Assembly: GCF_006345805.1 (NCBI RefSeq)
Contig: NC_042998.1
Span: forward strand, 111,414,001-111,478,000
Origin: Octopus sinensis
Lineage: Eukaryota
Length of the DNA: 64,000 bases
Reading direction: 5' to 3'
Shown: positions 12,141 to 26,308 of the stretch, piece by piece
Numbering within the stretch: position 1 is the first letter of the stretch
How the letters are laid out: the number at the start of each line of letters is the position of its first letter
Program-made: the position numbers and the translations under genes
The notes under the pieces: model-generated
What the model saw: only the letters and a program-made list of their open reading frames with translations
Database searches by the model: none
What the model was told of the DNA's origin: nothing

Positions 12141-13131
12141 AGATACATAGTTATCTGTTGGATTGTTGTTGTTGTTGTTGTTGTTGTTGCTGCTGCTGCT
12201 GCTGCTGTTGTTGTTGTTGTTGTTTTCTGCTATTCATCAATGCTGGAACGATATGCGACTTCCAATTTTCATTTTCTTAAAACTCTTTCGCAGAATATTC
12301 AATAATTTAGTAGGCTCTTTCATTGCTGTTGATGTCGTTGTTGTGGTTTAGCCCCGGGAACAGCCAAAGATCAGACTCACTGCATTGTATTTTTTAATTA
12401 ATTTTAATTAATTTAAATTCAGGTAATACCTCCTTTGTCTTTTTGTGACCAAAATTAGTCATAAAGATAATTATTTTTCTCGTCCCTTATGGTGTAAATT
12501 TAATTAATTAAAATTTCTTAGGTCACTACATTAATTGTGTTAACCCTCAGTTTACTATAAGTGGAGTTCGTAGTTTAGATATTGCTGGATATAAATACGT
12601 TTGCGAATTTTAGATTTGGCATACATATTTTCAAATAAGGTAGTGTCTTCTGGAAAACAAATGCCCTAAATTCTGAAGCAATTACAGGAAAAATGGGACA
12701 TGAAGATAGAAGCTAGCATATTGCATTTACAATGTGTTGTTGCGATGTAGCACCTGCACTTTGCGTATAAATCAAAGTAACGTTGCTTCTTTTCTCATAT
12801 GGTAAGTGAAAAAATAAAACGTTTAATATTGTTTCTGTGTTTCTCCAGAAAATAAAATATATCTAGACTTTCATTCATAAGCTACAAAAAAAATATGAAT
12901 GGACAAATCGTTACTAATATTTTCATGATATAAAACAGCGAGCAGGCAGAATCATTAGCTCACTGAGCATTTCGTCTGTCTTTACGTTCTGAGTTCAAAT
13001 TCCGCCGAGGTTGACATTGCCTGTCATCTTTTCGGGGTCGATAAAAAGAATAGCAGTTGAGCACTGAGATTATAGGATAATTTCTGTCTTCAGGTTCCAC
13101 GTTCCGGTTATCTTTATTTCCAGATCTTTGC

Positions 13132-13201
<70 letters not shown>

Positions 13202-14614
13202 ATATATCTATCTATCTATCCAGTGTAGGAATTACAAAGGAGGAGAGCTGACAGAATCGTCAGCAAGTCGGGCAAGATGCTTAGCGGCATTTTGTCCATC
13301 TCTACGTTCTGGGTTCAAATTCCACCAAAGTTGACTTTGCTTTTTATCCTTTCGGAGTCAATAAAGTAAGCACTGGGCTCGATTTAATCAACTTGGCGTC
13401 TCCCACAGAAAGCCGCCGGTCTTGTGCCAAAATTTGAAACCAATATATAGGAATTACAAATAGTTTCCTGTCATGCATTAAGACTTGCGGGTGTTGTAAG
13501 GAAAACGACACTTATAGATGCTTTTCATTAAGCTAGGTAATTTCCTTTGTTGACAACATTTAAAAAGAGAATTAAAATGAGTAAAGTGTTTTGTAAAAGA
13601 TTCTAACATTAAACTTAGTTCGGAAGAAAGCGTGAGTGAGGTTCTAAAACATTATGTTATACTGAAATATATGTCCTGTATGTGTATGTGTGTATATGTG
13701 CGTGCGTGCATAATTTATGTGATATTTTGTAAAGAAATTTTGATCCTATATTCAGAGGAGGCAATGCCATAATGAATCTGAAATGTGCAACTTAAGTACA
13801 ACTGGGAGGAGATCAATAATGAATCAATATTTTTTTTTTATTTTAGATACAACATATTTTTATTTTAAATACATGTCGCCACCACAAGAAGAACTTCAAA
13901 GTTTTTTTCTCTAAGAACGTAATTTATCATTGACAATTCGTTCTGGGATTGATTGTTTTTGTTTGTTTTTTCTGATATGTGAAATCAGAGATGTATGTGA
14001 TTTAGGATCTGCTCCCTGGTAGATAATACACTGAGTTCCCCTTTAGCTTTGCAGAATCTTACCACTGCAAAAGAAGTTAATGGAAAATACATAACGTGTG
14101 ATTTTGACCAGAGAGTTTTTTAAAGTTTTTTTTTTTAAGAATCGTTGGAAAGCTACGAGAAATTATAACTAATATCAGTCTCATTTTATTCACAGTAGTG
14201 CTGATTCCATTTAATTGTCTATGGCATTCGTATTTTATTTTAACTATTATTGTTGTTGTAACTGTTTAGTTCCCGTTTGACACTAATTGAGCATAAGTAT
14301 GATCAAAGCATACTTACATTTCAACCGTAACTATCCTGTCTTATCTAGAGTATTTACTGTTACATTACTTAGTGTATTCTTACTTTCTTTCTTTCTTTCT
14401 GTATTTCTTTCTTTCTTTCTTTCTGAGAAAGGTAGTGTGTGTTTGAGGTAAATTAAGTTGCTATTTCTATCAATTCAAACTACTTCATCGATAACACACT
14501 GCTTCATTTTATTTATTATATGTCAGTTCTAATCCAGTAGACTTATAATAAAAATTGCTCCGGCCATGGCCGTCCCTTTCTATGTTTATAGATAGTGTGC
14601 CCACAGCTACATTA

Positions 14615-14908
14615 TGAATGGTTAGGGTATTCGGTTCACGATCATAAAGACGTGAGTTCGATTCCTTGAATCGCACTGTGTCCTTCAGTGAGACACCTTA
14701 TTTCACGTTGCTTCAGTCCACTCAGCCGGTAAGAATAAGTAGTAGCTGTATTTCAAAGGGCCGGCCTTGTTACAATCGATATGCCATGCTGAGTCGCCGT
14801 AAGAACTACGTTAAGTGTACGCGTATCTTGTACATTGATTTCACGAGCAGGTTATTCAGTTTATCGGATCAACCGGAACTCTTGTCGTCGTAACCGACGG
14901 TATGCCAG
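14615..14908 (+). mobile_element. tRNA-derived CORE-type SINE, family B
   Basis: B-box-like GTGAGTTCGATTCC, CORE-like GTGTCCTT..ACACCTTATTTCACGTTGCT..AGTCCACTCAGC, and 3' end GTCGTCGTAACCGACGG shared with the copy at 57845-58158. Confidence 0.7.
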
Positions 14909-15147
14909 GTTTTGAATGTAATTTTAGACATAATCTTTTGTTAAGGACGTCAGAATTTGAACAGAAGGAGTGTTTACTGCTGATTCTAGCTGGTTGATTG
15001 ACTACTTAAACACACCTTGCCATTAATGATAGTAGAGATATGTTTCTTTATTAGCCACCCAGGGCTGCACACAGACGGGACAACTGCTGATTCTAGCTGA
15101 TTGATTGACTACTTAAACACACCTTGCCATTAATGATAGTAGAGATA

Positions 15148-15531
15148 TGTTTCTTTATTAGCCACACAGGGCTGCACACAGACGGGACAAACTACAAGGT
15201 AGAGCTTTTCTTTGGGGATAAAAAAGGGGGGTTGGTTTTCGATCAAAAGGGATCGTAAAAGGGAAGAAAGAGGAAGGCAAAACAAAAAAAAGTGTTCGGG
15301 GAGGAAAAAGAAAAAATCGATCAATAGGGATCGTTATCACAGAAATGTCAATATAAAGTGTAAAGAGGAAGACAGGTGAAGTTTACCCGTGGAAAGAAAA
15401 GCCTACGGAAAAGACCACGGTAACCTCGGTCAATGAAGTCACGTTACATTTTTTTTCTTTTTACAAATAAGTAACTCTCTGTATTAACTTTTTACCGTTA
15501 ATAGGATCATACTCAAGGTGGCTTCGTCATT
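15148..15531 (-). mobile_element. 5'-truncated LINE 3' end (L1/Tx1-like) with 12-bp TSD
   Basis: ATAGTAGAGATA at 15136-15147 and 15532-15543; minus strand has an ORF tail NDEATLSMIL, a T-rich 3' UTR and AATAAA near the end. Family assignment is tentative. Confidence 0.55.
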
Positions 15532-15989
15532 ATAGTAGAGATAGGGGTGTTTGTGAGGTCATCGATGCAACAATGAAATATAAGTTGCTGGTGACTTTAT
15601 GGAATTACTCTCTTCGTGTGTGTTTGTATCTGAGCGAATTTCTTAATATATATATATATAAGGATGTTTGAAGATGCATAAATAAGAAATATAGCTAAGT
15701 AGATAGCCTAAAGTATATTATATTGATTGTAAAAGAGTAGTGGTGAAAGGGAATACTGGTTTAATTAAACTGAAACATTTGAGTTGTAAGTTGGTGATTA
15801 ACATGATGTGGTTGAAAGGTGATTCAAATGGATTTAAGTATAGATAGTAATATATGGAGATTATTTATTACATTTGAAAATATGTCTTAAATGCATGTCT
15901 GTTGTGTAAGTGTATGTGTGTGTGCATGTGTGGGCGATGAAACACTGACTGTCATAAGTGAACGTTTCTATTGTGATTTAGAGAGTATG

Positions 15990-16870
15990 ACATGTTTCCT
16001 CAAGATGGAAACTCAAATGGAATTTCTAGAATGATCTTGAGGATCTTTTCTAGATGATCGTAGCATTAATGATGTTTTACATGGCTTCATTCTTCTACTT
16101 ACTTTGAGTTTTTTAAATGTCTAGTCTTGGTCCGATTTTGTTCTTGGTTGTTTTTTAATGATGTTCCGGAAGATATCATATCTAACCTTACTAACTTTAC
16201 TGTTAAGACTTCTTTGCACTCTTGCTTAAATAAGAGGTATGATTTGTATGATCGGGTGGAAGTGACTGGTTCTCTTGAGCGTCAGCTGCATTTAGTGATT
16301 GATTGGGGGACTACATTTAACTCGGCGAAAACTATACTTCTTTCCTTTGAACTTTACAAGAAAACTGACGGTTTTCCTGTGCCTTCTAATCTTCACTTTT
16401 TGGGTTTAACTTTTTCTAATGATGTTACTTGGAATGATTGTATTAGATCTATTGGTTTATTATTCCCTATGAAGGTCGATAGTCTATATAGGACCCATTA
16501 TCTTTACCTGAGCATAATCTTCATCTTGATAAGTCGTTTATTCATCTTTGCATGAAATACTCTTGTCAAAACTAGATTGGTACTTCAGCTGGAGTATTTT
16601 CACTCTGTGAGTCAGTTCAAAACCGAGTTTCTAATATTCTTGATCACATTTTAGCAGCTAAATTCCAATACTGTCTCTTATAGCCAAGATTCTGCTTCTT
16701 TAACACTCTTCTATAAATATTTTTATGATCATTTTTCTGCTGAACTGTCATCTCTTGTTTTTCTTATTCAGATTAAAATTGAAAAGTACGTCTCTCTACT
16801 AATTATCATTCTTTGACTATTGTTGTTCCCTCTTGCAAAAGAGTTTCTACTAGAATAGAAACTCTTTTCT
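15990..16870 (+). mobile_element. Degenerate CR1/Jockey-group LINE reverse transcriptase
   Basis: LFFNDVPEDIISNL..LERQLHLVIDWG.TFNSAKT..LHFLGLTFSNDVTWNDCI..KVDSLYR..MKYSCQ, a decayed LFINDLP/YADD/EW..FN..KT/LGL.F...L.W pattern. Confidence 0.7.
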
Positions 16871-18199
16871 TTTCTGTTTTGTTTTTTCTTTTGTTTTTCC
16901 TAACAGATAGAAACTTGTTCTAAATGTTGTGTTGATCATTTTAAGGTTTATTAGGTAGCTTCTCGTTAGAGTTTTTTTTTTCTTATCATATCTCCCAACA
17001 AACCAAGTGGCTGCTTGAGGCCTCTTCCTTGACATTTTGTTAGAAGTGACTTTCCATATAGGAAGTTATTTTAATACTCTGAAAATTCTATATCTGGGCA
17101 ATGACAATAATTCTGAGTGACGGTTAAGTAGACAGAAGTAAAGAAATATGATTTGATAGGATTCAGAAATACAGAGATGACAAAACGTTTTATTGGTGAT
17201 GTAAGATTTTTCAGAGCATAGCATTTCCCAATGTATATTAAAAGATCTATTATTCGACTATGTATCCCATACATGATTCGGAAGCGACGTGCCGGGTTTC
17301 TTATTCTGGTCTCTGAAAATATAAGTACTGATAAAACACTGATTTAAACGTGTTTGTCATAAATCCGATATAAAATATTACCGACTCTTTGATTTTTAGG
17401 GACCAGTATTTTGTTGCCGATACAATTATGCTTTGGTGTATAAGAGTTTGCTGACAATGCATTTGAAATATGTTTGTTATTAATAGCTCCTTTATGGGAA
17501 ACATTTTTATATCATTTTTATTTAGAAGTCTGCTATTATTCGCAGAAATATGTTTAATTTAGTACCCCTAAATAAAACGGCTGATTTTGCCACACAGTTG
17601 ATATTTTACTACGGTGAGTCGTTTGAATTAGTTTTTATAATTATTGTATTTCCGTTTTCGTATTTCCATTTCTAAGTCGTGTTTTATTATAAGCGGATAA
17701 TAAATGTTTGCTCATTGGAAGATAAATTAGAGTCTTGAAGCTACAAATATTACTGGACTCTTGTTTGAATTATTTGGGAGTATAATGATTTATGGGCATC
17801 TTGTATTTTTTATTCAGCTTTTCGTATAATGAATACTGAAAAATATTAAGGTGAAGTGAAAGCACTACGATTTTTAGGTGGACTTTTACTCTAAAGGAAA
17901 AAAATTAAATTTTTAACAAATTATCAATAATTTTATGTATTCTGTGAATTGAAATTCCATAATAATAAACGACGGTCATCTCTGTAAAACCCTTTAAAAA
18001 TAGATTGTATAAAATGAATAGAATCCGGTAGCTTAGACGTTTAAAATTAATAATCTAGCAAGGATTATGACCGCTACGGACTAACAGATTAAATCGTTTG
18101 CTAAAGTGAATAAAATTACCACTCAGTATCCGAGTTTTATAAAAGCGAGAACTTGATCGCTACATGATCTAAATAAAATATCAATAGTTATGTTGACTC

Positions 18200-21100
18200 A
18201 TATTTTACAACATTCTCTGGAGACTCGAAATACAAAACGAGAAAATGATAATAGATTATTTTAAATGCAAGCAGTGAATTGAAGTAATTCAATGTCTGAG
18301 ACGGAGACGATACGTTACTTTCATAGTTTCCTTTAGGAAAGCAATAGTTATTTGACATTTAGCATCAAATTCAGGTAAATTTATATCATTATTATTAGAG
18401 CTGGAATGTTTAGTGTTATCAGTTATAACGTCGAATTGTCAAGTGGGATCTTCACAAGAACCAAAAGAGGACAAATCACTTGTTGAGATCATATCAAGTC
18501 TTACTTCGAAATATTATTTTCTTTTTCATTACATAAGTTGTAGCGATTTTATCAAAGGATCTATTTTAAATTGACAAATATATTTCTTTAATAGGACCGA
18601 ATATGTTCGCTATTGTTAACCATTTAAGTAAGAGAGCAAGAATGGATGTCCCATGATTAAAATGCTTTAGATATACATGAGGAGCTTTGTTGGTCATAGT
18701 CCATATTAATGTCAACCGTAAATACGAGGAGAATCTAAAATATCTTCCTAATGAGATTCAGACAATTTACTTATAGAAGCACAACCTCATTACCTTTCGG
18801 ATAATTCCATAAAATCTCTTACATTGAACGTTACCAACAGAGCCATGCTGCGTAGTCTGCGAATGTAATCTTTTCGATGTAACAAAGAAAAGAGAAAAAC
18901 TCATGGAATTCAAACTGAATGATACGATCAAATGTACTGTAGATGGATTTCTAAAAATAGCAAAATTAGAGACATGTTTTCTTAGCAAGTTGCCTGGTGT
19001 AGCATCTTTGCAGATGTAATCAAAAAGGAATCTTGAAATCTTGTTTATCTACAGTCCTGTGAAATCAATGGAAAGTCATTTAAAGGTCGAGCGGCTTTAA
19101 TCGTTTGAAAGGAAATCCTTTGTAAAAAGCAAAGTTTAAATTCGCAGAAATTTTAACAAGTTGCACATACTCATCCAATGCGAAGGAGAGATTGTTTTCG
19201 CAAACATTTTGGTTTTCTTCTAACTCCTGGATGTCAACTATTTTGATGAAACTAAAATAGTAATTTACAAAGTATCAACCGGAGATGGTATCATAGATAG
19301 GCATTTTAACCCGTTCGGTATGAAATTTTCTAGTCATAAGCTACAAGTTCGAGTCACCATCTGAATAGTTTATAAGATGAAAAAAATTACCTGCTATTTA
19401 TGAACCGACTGCACAATAGCAGCATCTTCTTTTTCCACGGAAGAATGGTATTGCTCACATTTAAGTGATCGTGAAAAGAATGTAACAGTTATTACATTGT
19501 TAATTATATCTAACTGGAGAAACTCAAACTGAGTAAGCCTAAAGATAAAAGTGTTAATTTGTAAAAATCATTTGTGTATACTCTGTACGGAATCTTTCGA
19601 AGCTAGGCACAAAAAATAGTACAAATGCTTTTTACTTTTACTTTTCTCTTTTCTTGATTGAAACATCATGTTTTTTATTCTTTCTTTACACAAACTGGTT
19701 AAATAAAATATCGAAATAGAATTAATAACAAAAGAGATAATGTGAATAGAAGCTATTGCGCTTAAACTCGACCAAGAAATAAAGAAAAGCAGCTGCATCA
19801 AAGTATCAGCATGAGTCTTTGTGGAAGCGTGAATTTGCAATGTAAAAGTTAAACATTCATCAATAAAAAAAGAGCTAGGAAAAGCTAGGCAAGATCTTCA
19901 AATAATGCGTTTCAATAATTCAAAGCAATGAAGGGCTTCGTTAAGTGGGAACTGGTTTTCACTTAATAGAGGCTGACCAACTTGTAATTTGATATTCACT
20001 TATGGAAATATTCTGTTGATCTTTGCGCTTCTTTGGGGTTAGATACTTGTCTAATTTTCATAAAATTGTCGAATCGTTTAATATCTGGCTTTAGTGAATC
20101 GTAATGTATCTAGTAACACAAACGTTAAATCATTATCCGGACTTACCTTTGTACAATAACCTAGGTTTTTATAAATTCAAGGAACTCTTTTAAGTTACAG
20201 TCAACTAATCCACAGATGATAATGCCATCCAAATATCTAAAGGTATCGGTTAGACAATTTTATGATACTATATCATCCCCAATTCTTTGAAAAACTGTTA
20301 CGTGTTGGGGAATCCAAAAGGAGACTTCTTGAATTGTTAAAGTTTAGAGATTGAATCAGATCTAGCATATTTTCTACCATTATCATGCAAAAGCAGAAAG
20401 TGGTGAACACTCTTCAAGTCAATTTTTGAGAGAAATTTCTATTTTAGTACATTGACCGTCATTCATTCTGCTATATATGTGTCGAGATTAGCAAATTGAT
20501 TTATGACTTTAGAAAATCTATAATTATACGTCCTTTGTTTATTCGACTACAACTTGGGCGCGCCAGAAAAAGTGAAACTTTTGAATAATCCCTTCGGTAA
20601 GAATCCTTATAATTATTCTTCGTAATATCAATTCTTTTTCATGCAAAAGATATTTTCTCTGAGTTTTAGTGATAAGCCTTATCGACTCAGAAATATGTTT
20701 GAAAATTCTTCTAAGGTTGATTCTCATTTATTTGAACGGACGTAATACTTGAGGGTCTTCCTTTCCTTTCAATACAATTTCAATAGCTTTGTGTCAAAAC
20801 AAGAAGTCAGCACTGACAATCGTATCTGAACTGAGATTACGAATTGCCAGCAGTTTTTCATTATCTTTCAGAATAAGAGATAAGATACATTACACACATT
20901 TCTCATTCATAGTGACATTAGTAAAGATGTAAGAGAAATAAATATATTACATTTCTCAACAGGGAAAAGTAACAGTAACAATCGACGAATGATGAGTTGA
21001 TAAAGCTGAAACTTCTACCTCCGTTGAGAAGAGCACGTAACTTGACATATCTAATCACTATAGGAATAAAAGAGCATAGGAAATGACCAAATTCACCAAA

Positions 21101-22150
21101 TTCTACAGGTTGTTCCATTACAGAAAGTTATTTTGAAAAGTATCTATTGTAGAATTGAAAATAAAGGAACCTTTTCATACTTAAAAGAAGTGTCCTCTCT
21201 TACTACATTTATGGCAAATTGCTTCTCGTGTAGGGTATTTATTTTGTTGACGCCATTTACCTACGCTGAAATGACAGTTGAAATTTTTAGGATAATTTTC
21301 TCGCGTGGAGACTGTATAACTACACATTCATCTTGCCTGCTGAAAGAATCCTTGCCATGTAGGATCACTGATGAATGCTGAGAAATTTTGACCATAAGCA
21401 CTGTTGTAAAGTTGTACGTGAACTCGAGCTTGTATCGAAATGTTTGTAGAGTGATGTTTTCAAGTCACCTATAGAGACCAATTATGAAATTATTTTCACC
21501 CCTATTCTCAAAGGCAGTAACTTTCTTAAAATTAAAACTTTTGAAAGTTTTTTCTAATGAGATAAAGCAGTTATGCATAGACCGGCCTTATTGTTGACTG
21601 TGTCTGGAGAGAAGGACAATTGCAAGACTTTAATTTTTGGTTGTTACATTAGCGTTCAAAAGTTTCTACATTATCTAAGGTGGTGCAAAGTGGCGAGCTG
21701 GCAGAAACGATAGCACGCCGGGCGAAATACTTAGCGGTATTTCGTCTGTCTTTACGTTCTGGTTTCAAATTCCGCCAAGGTCGACTTTGCCTTTCATCCT
21801 TTCGGGGTCGATAAATTAAGTACCACTTGCGTACTGGGATCGATCTAATCGACTGCCCACCGCCCCAAAAATTTCGGGTCTTGTGCCTAGAGTAGAAAAG
21901 ATTATCTAAGGTGGTGCAATTGGAAATGATGCTAAGTACTGAAATTGAAATAATGCTTGAAAACAAAGATAGTTTTAGAAGTTGGATTTTAGATGCCTCT
22001 GAGAAATTATGAAGAAAATTTCAATGATCTGTCTTCGAAGTGTACACTAATCAGGTATTAGTTGATGCTTGGAACAGTGAAGGCTTCAGCTAGATTTCTA
22101 TGCTTCAATAATTGTTTCCCCAAGTTGACAAAATTTATTTATTTCAATAG
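18200..22150 (-). mobile_element. Highly degenerate Mag-like Gypsy LTR retrotransposon (internal region)
   Basis: Colinear minus-strand motifs: YPTREAICHKCSKRGHF (Gag knuckle, ~21180-21240); LRALLNGGRSFSFIN (protease, ~21000-21045); EGIIQ..WRAQVVV and SKIDLKSVHH (RT, 20400-20600); FFSRSLKCEQYHSSVEKED (RNase H, ~19420-19485); GNVQCKRFYGIIRK (integrase, ~18790-18840). Many stops; LTRs not resolved. Confidence 0.75.
21689..21900 (+). mobile_element. Young family A SINE with 19-bp TSD
   Basis: ATTATCTAAGGTGGTGCAA at 21670-21688 and 21901-21919; CpG-intact head GGCGAGCTGGCAGAAACGATAGCACGCCGGGCG; core CTTTCATCCTTTCGGGGTCGATAAATTAAGTACC. Confidence 0.9.
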
Positions 22151-24118
22151 TTGTTAAGAAACCACTGAGTAAATTGTTTATTGAGACGAATAAGATTACG
22201 CACCAATATCAAGGTTTATATATTTATATATATATATAAGAGGAAACTCATTCATTACATGATACACAGAACAAAATTTGCATCAACCAGTATTTCAAGA
22301 CAATCACCTGCATTGATCCCAGCAAACAACAATAAAGGACTGGTTTTGTGAGCTTTGAAAACTAGTTAGAATTATCATAAAATCCAATGGGTTTTCACGA
22401 CTGTAGGATAATGTTTATATCAGCATTCTTTCGGCTGTGGTGAGCTTCGTAAAACTACCTACATCCAATGTTTCATCAATCGCATCACCCATATTCATAA
22501 AACTCAACCAACTTAACTAATCAAAGACCACCAGCATTAACGAACTTAACTATATTCTTAGACCTATAAATACCCTTAGTTATAAGGGCTATTTCTAAGA
22601 ATATGATTAATCTTATATAAGATATAATTGTCATAGGCAATCGTAACAACCTTAATAATAACACTAACAAGTAATTCATTTTAAATTATAGTTTTTTAAC
22701 GTCGATTGTATTTTCATCAAATATTTTTTCAATTAGATATAAAATATGCCACAGAACTTCCCATTATTTAAGCGTTAATATGATTATCTATGAAGTATAT
22801 CAACCAATATTATCATAAACCATGAATCTACAAACACTTTCTATTTCATGAGAATGAAGGACAACTCAGAATAAGGAGACCCAAAACGTAGCTGTTCTAA
22901 AAATACAGCTCTAATAGGAATTTTAGATAGCCATTATTTTAGTAATTTCAACCATATACAGTACACAATACTTTATACTAAACCTATTCCTTAAAACCAT
23001 GTCATCTTTTTCCCCCCTTTCTGTCACTTAATATTACTTTTTATTAAACCTTATTATGTATACTTTAAGCTACACCAACTACAACCAGCATTCTGTATTC
23101 CCACTTCACGTAAGCAGTCACCATTCAACTCTTCACACTCTTCATTGGCTATAGTAACAGTATTTCATAGCATTTTCAGATTTTATATTGAATTAATAAA
23201 TTTTTTTAGTATATTGTGTATGTTTTGTTTATATTTATACCTTAATGCACATGTTCATTGATCTTTTGAAGTCATAAAGACTGCACACATATGTGAGATT
23301 ATGTAGTTGTGTGTGTGTGTGTGTGTTGAAAGATATGATTGAAAAAGGACATATTACCAAATTAATAATATATACCCATATCAATTTATAGCCTATTTTA
23401 TAAAAATAATTAGACTAACTATAATAAATTACATTCAATAAATTTCTAGATTATAATTTTTTTTTCTATATTTAAACTCAATATGCAGTAATTACTCATC
23501 GTTAGTACTTAATGTTCACAACAGATAGCATGCTTTTAATAATTAATTTTTACACTCATTCATGTTTTTTTTTTAATATTTTCATTGTCATTTTTTTTAT
23601 AATTTAGTGATCTATTATTTATGTATCTTTCACTGGTAATCTTTTGAAGTCGGTACATAAGAGTTGGCGGACAAAATGAAAGGATTAAAATTACAAATAC
23701 AAAAGGAGGAACATAGAGCCACGTAATAAGTAAATACCGGGCCAAGTATAGCACATCAGACAATCTAAATCGTTTTTTACAGGGGTTTATCTGACGTATG
23801 TCACACGTTGCAGAACATTTCCAAAGCATTCATTAAGTAAATTAAACATTATTATCCCACATTATTATTATATTCTGGTTTACTATATTTGTTTAAAAAT
23901 TATATTAAATTAAATGAAACACATCTACCGATTATTAACGATTATTTATTTACTTTTTACTTTGACTCAATGCAATTTGTGTCATTTTGTTCGCTACCTT
24001 ACATATGCAACGTTCGAGTGGTCGCTCTTTTGGTGATATACATTATATCGGAATATTAATTATATTCAAATAGTTTAAGCTCAATGTTTATTTATGTTTA
24101 GTTATTTTAGTTTGTTTA

Positions 24119-24203
<85 letters not shown>

Positions 24204-24876
24204 GAGACAGACAGACAGACAGACATAGAAGAGTAGAAAGAAATTGCACAGAGGACGACAAAGGAACCCACAGAAAATTCATTTACAAGAGGTGGAAGAG
24301 TTCATCCCGTTATCGACCAAAGCTCATAGCAGTTTTGCGTCATTATCGATACCATAGTAAACAGAAAAAAAAGCTGGTAGGATAAGTGAACGAACATAAA
24401 CAAACGATGAACGACAACAGAATGCGAACGAAACATAATGGAAAACGACGCAGGTAGTTGGTACATATATGAACGGATATGTACGTAAATATAAAGGCTA
24501 TGAAACAGCATTAAGAAAAGACATGAGTAGAAGTAGCGCGAAATGAAAAAGATGTCCTATAGGACTTAAAAAGGAAAGTACAGAGATATAAAGCTAGTAA
24601 AAGTGGGAAGACGGAAAGTCGAGAAGTGATAAATTACGGAAGATAGAGTATTCGTTAATACATTATGAATGAAAGTCATATAATTTTGCAGTACTTCGAG
24701 TTTCAAGTTTTCGATCCTTCAGCTAATAATCAGAACTTGTTCTCCCTTGTACTGGCTGTTGTTTGAATTCATTTTGAAATATACAAAAGTTATCAAGAAA
24801 ACACTTATCCACTCAGCGAATTAAGTACTTTACATTTTATACTGTCTTTTACCTAAAACATTACGGGCTAAAACAG

Positions 24877-24934
24877 TTTTAAAACATTTTAAAACATTTT
24901 TAAAACATTTTAAAACATTTTAAAAACATTTTTA
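24877..24934. repeat. Short tandem array (TTTTAAAACA)n, about 5-6 units
   Basis: Directly visible 10-11-bp unit. Confidence 0.85.
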
Positions 24935-25367
24935 AGGATTTAAGGATATCTATTAACCAAAATGACGAAAATGCTATCTTTTTACCTCTAATAATATACT
25001 GAAATTATATTTATTACTGTTGCTTCGTCTTGTAAGCTAATGCGAATAAACTTAAGTAAGTTCTGCATCAACCTATTTAATTTCCAACGCATTTAAGACA
25101 TATTGCCACCTAAAAACACACGTACATAAATACGCATTTAAGACATAAATTTTCAAACAAATTTCCTCCAATTATATATATTCTTACATTATTCCAATTT
25201 TAAACCTGATCATTATATAACCTACTCACACTTTCCACTGTTTTTCTTTAACTAAACCATTCCCTTCTTGCCTGTTTTACGATCACTATAATACACTTTC
25301 CGTCAATCACATTTAAATGCATTATTTATCCACTCCAAACACGCCATTCATCTCCTTATAGATAGAC

Positions 25368-25459
<92 letters not shown>

Positions 25460-26261
25460 GGATGGATGGATGGATGGATACATACATACATACATACATA
25501 CATACATACATACATACATGCATACATAGACAGACAGACAGACAGACAGATAGATATATAGATATTTGCACACACTAACGCACACGCACATACATGTATG
25601 TATGTATGTATGTACATGTACACACTTATGTGGGGGTATGTGCATGTATATGAAAAATTATGAAAATTAACAGTCCAGTTCATATACTGTAACACCTGAA
25701 TATTTTATAGATAGAAACAAATTTATGAGAAACATTTCAAAATAAATTGTTAACTTTCCATGGTATTCAAAGTGGCATACAAAATCGTAGAAGATACGAT
25801 TTCTAAATTAGGCATTTTAATAACCTCAGTATTCCAACAGGTAAAATTTTCTTTTTGACGCCTAAAAAAGGACACTGAGAAAGGATGTGATAAAGATAAA
25901 GACTTGGAGAGGGTAAAAAGCAAAAACTGTGAAAAGAGGACTGAGAGAACTTAAAGAAAGTGAAAATTAAAGAAAATCGGAATGGTCGACATCATAAACT
26001 AAGAACGCTTTTGAACCTTACACTAACACTTTTATTTTTCTACTGCTCCATAAGAACACCCAATGTTTAAACACCGCTTAAATCTTTGCTGTTATACTCC
26101 ATGGGTATTCGAACCCAAGACTTTCTCTTCATGCAATATTCCGAGATGATTTTGAGCTTATGCATAGGAAAAGAATCCTTAAGAATTACATCTATGAAGA
26201 CAAACATCGATACGTCTGTGCAGCGGTACATGTATGTATATGTGTGTATAGATGTGTGTGT

Positions 26262-26308
<47 letters not shown>

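Noticed and set aside
17050-17520. Possible further retroelement coding remnant
   Set aside because: Only vague motif similarity; no frame could be supported.
21689-21790. tRNA gene candidates in SINE heads (also 14615, 36523, 57845)
   Set aside because: A/B-box-like motifs only, no full cloverleaf, and each continues into a repeated SINE body.
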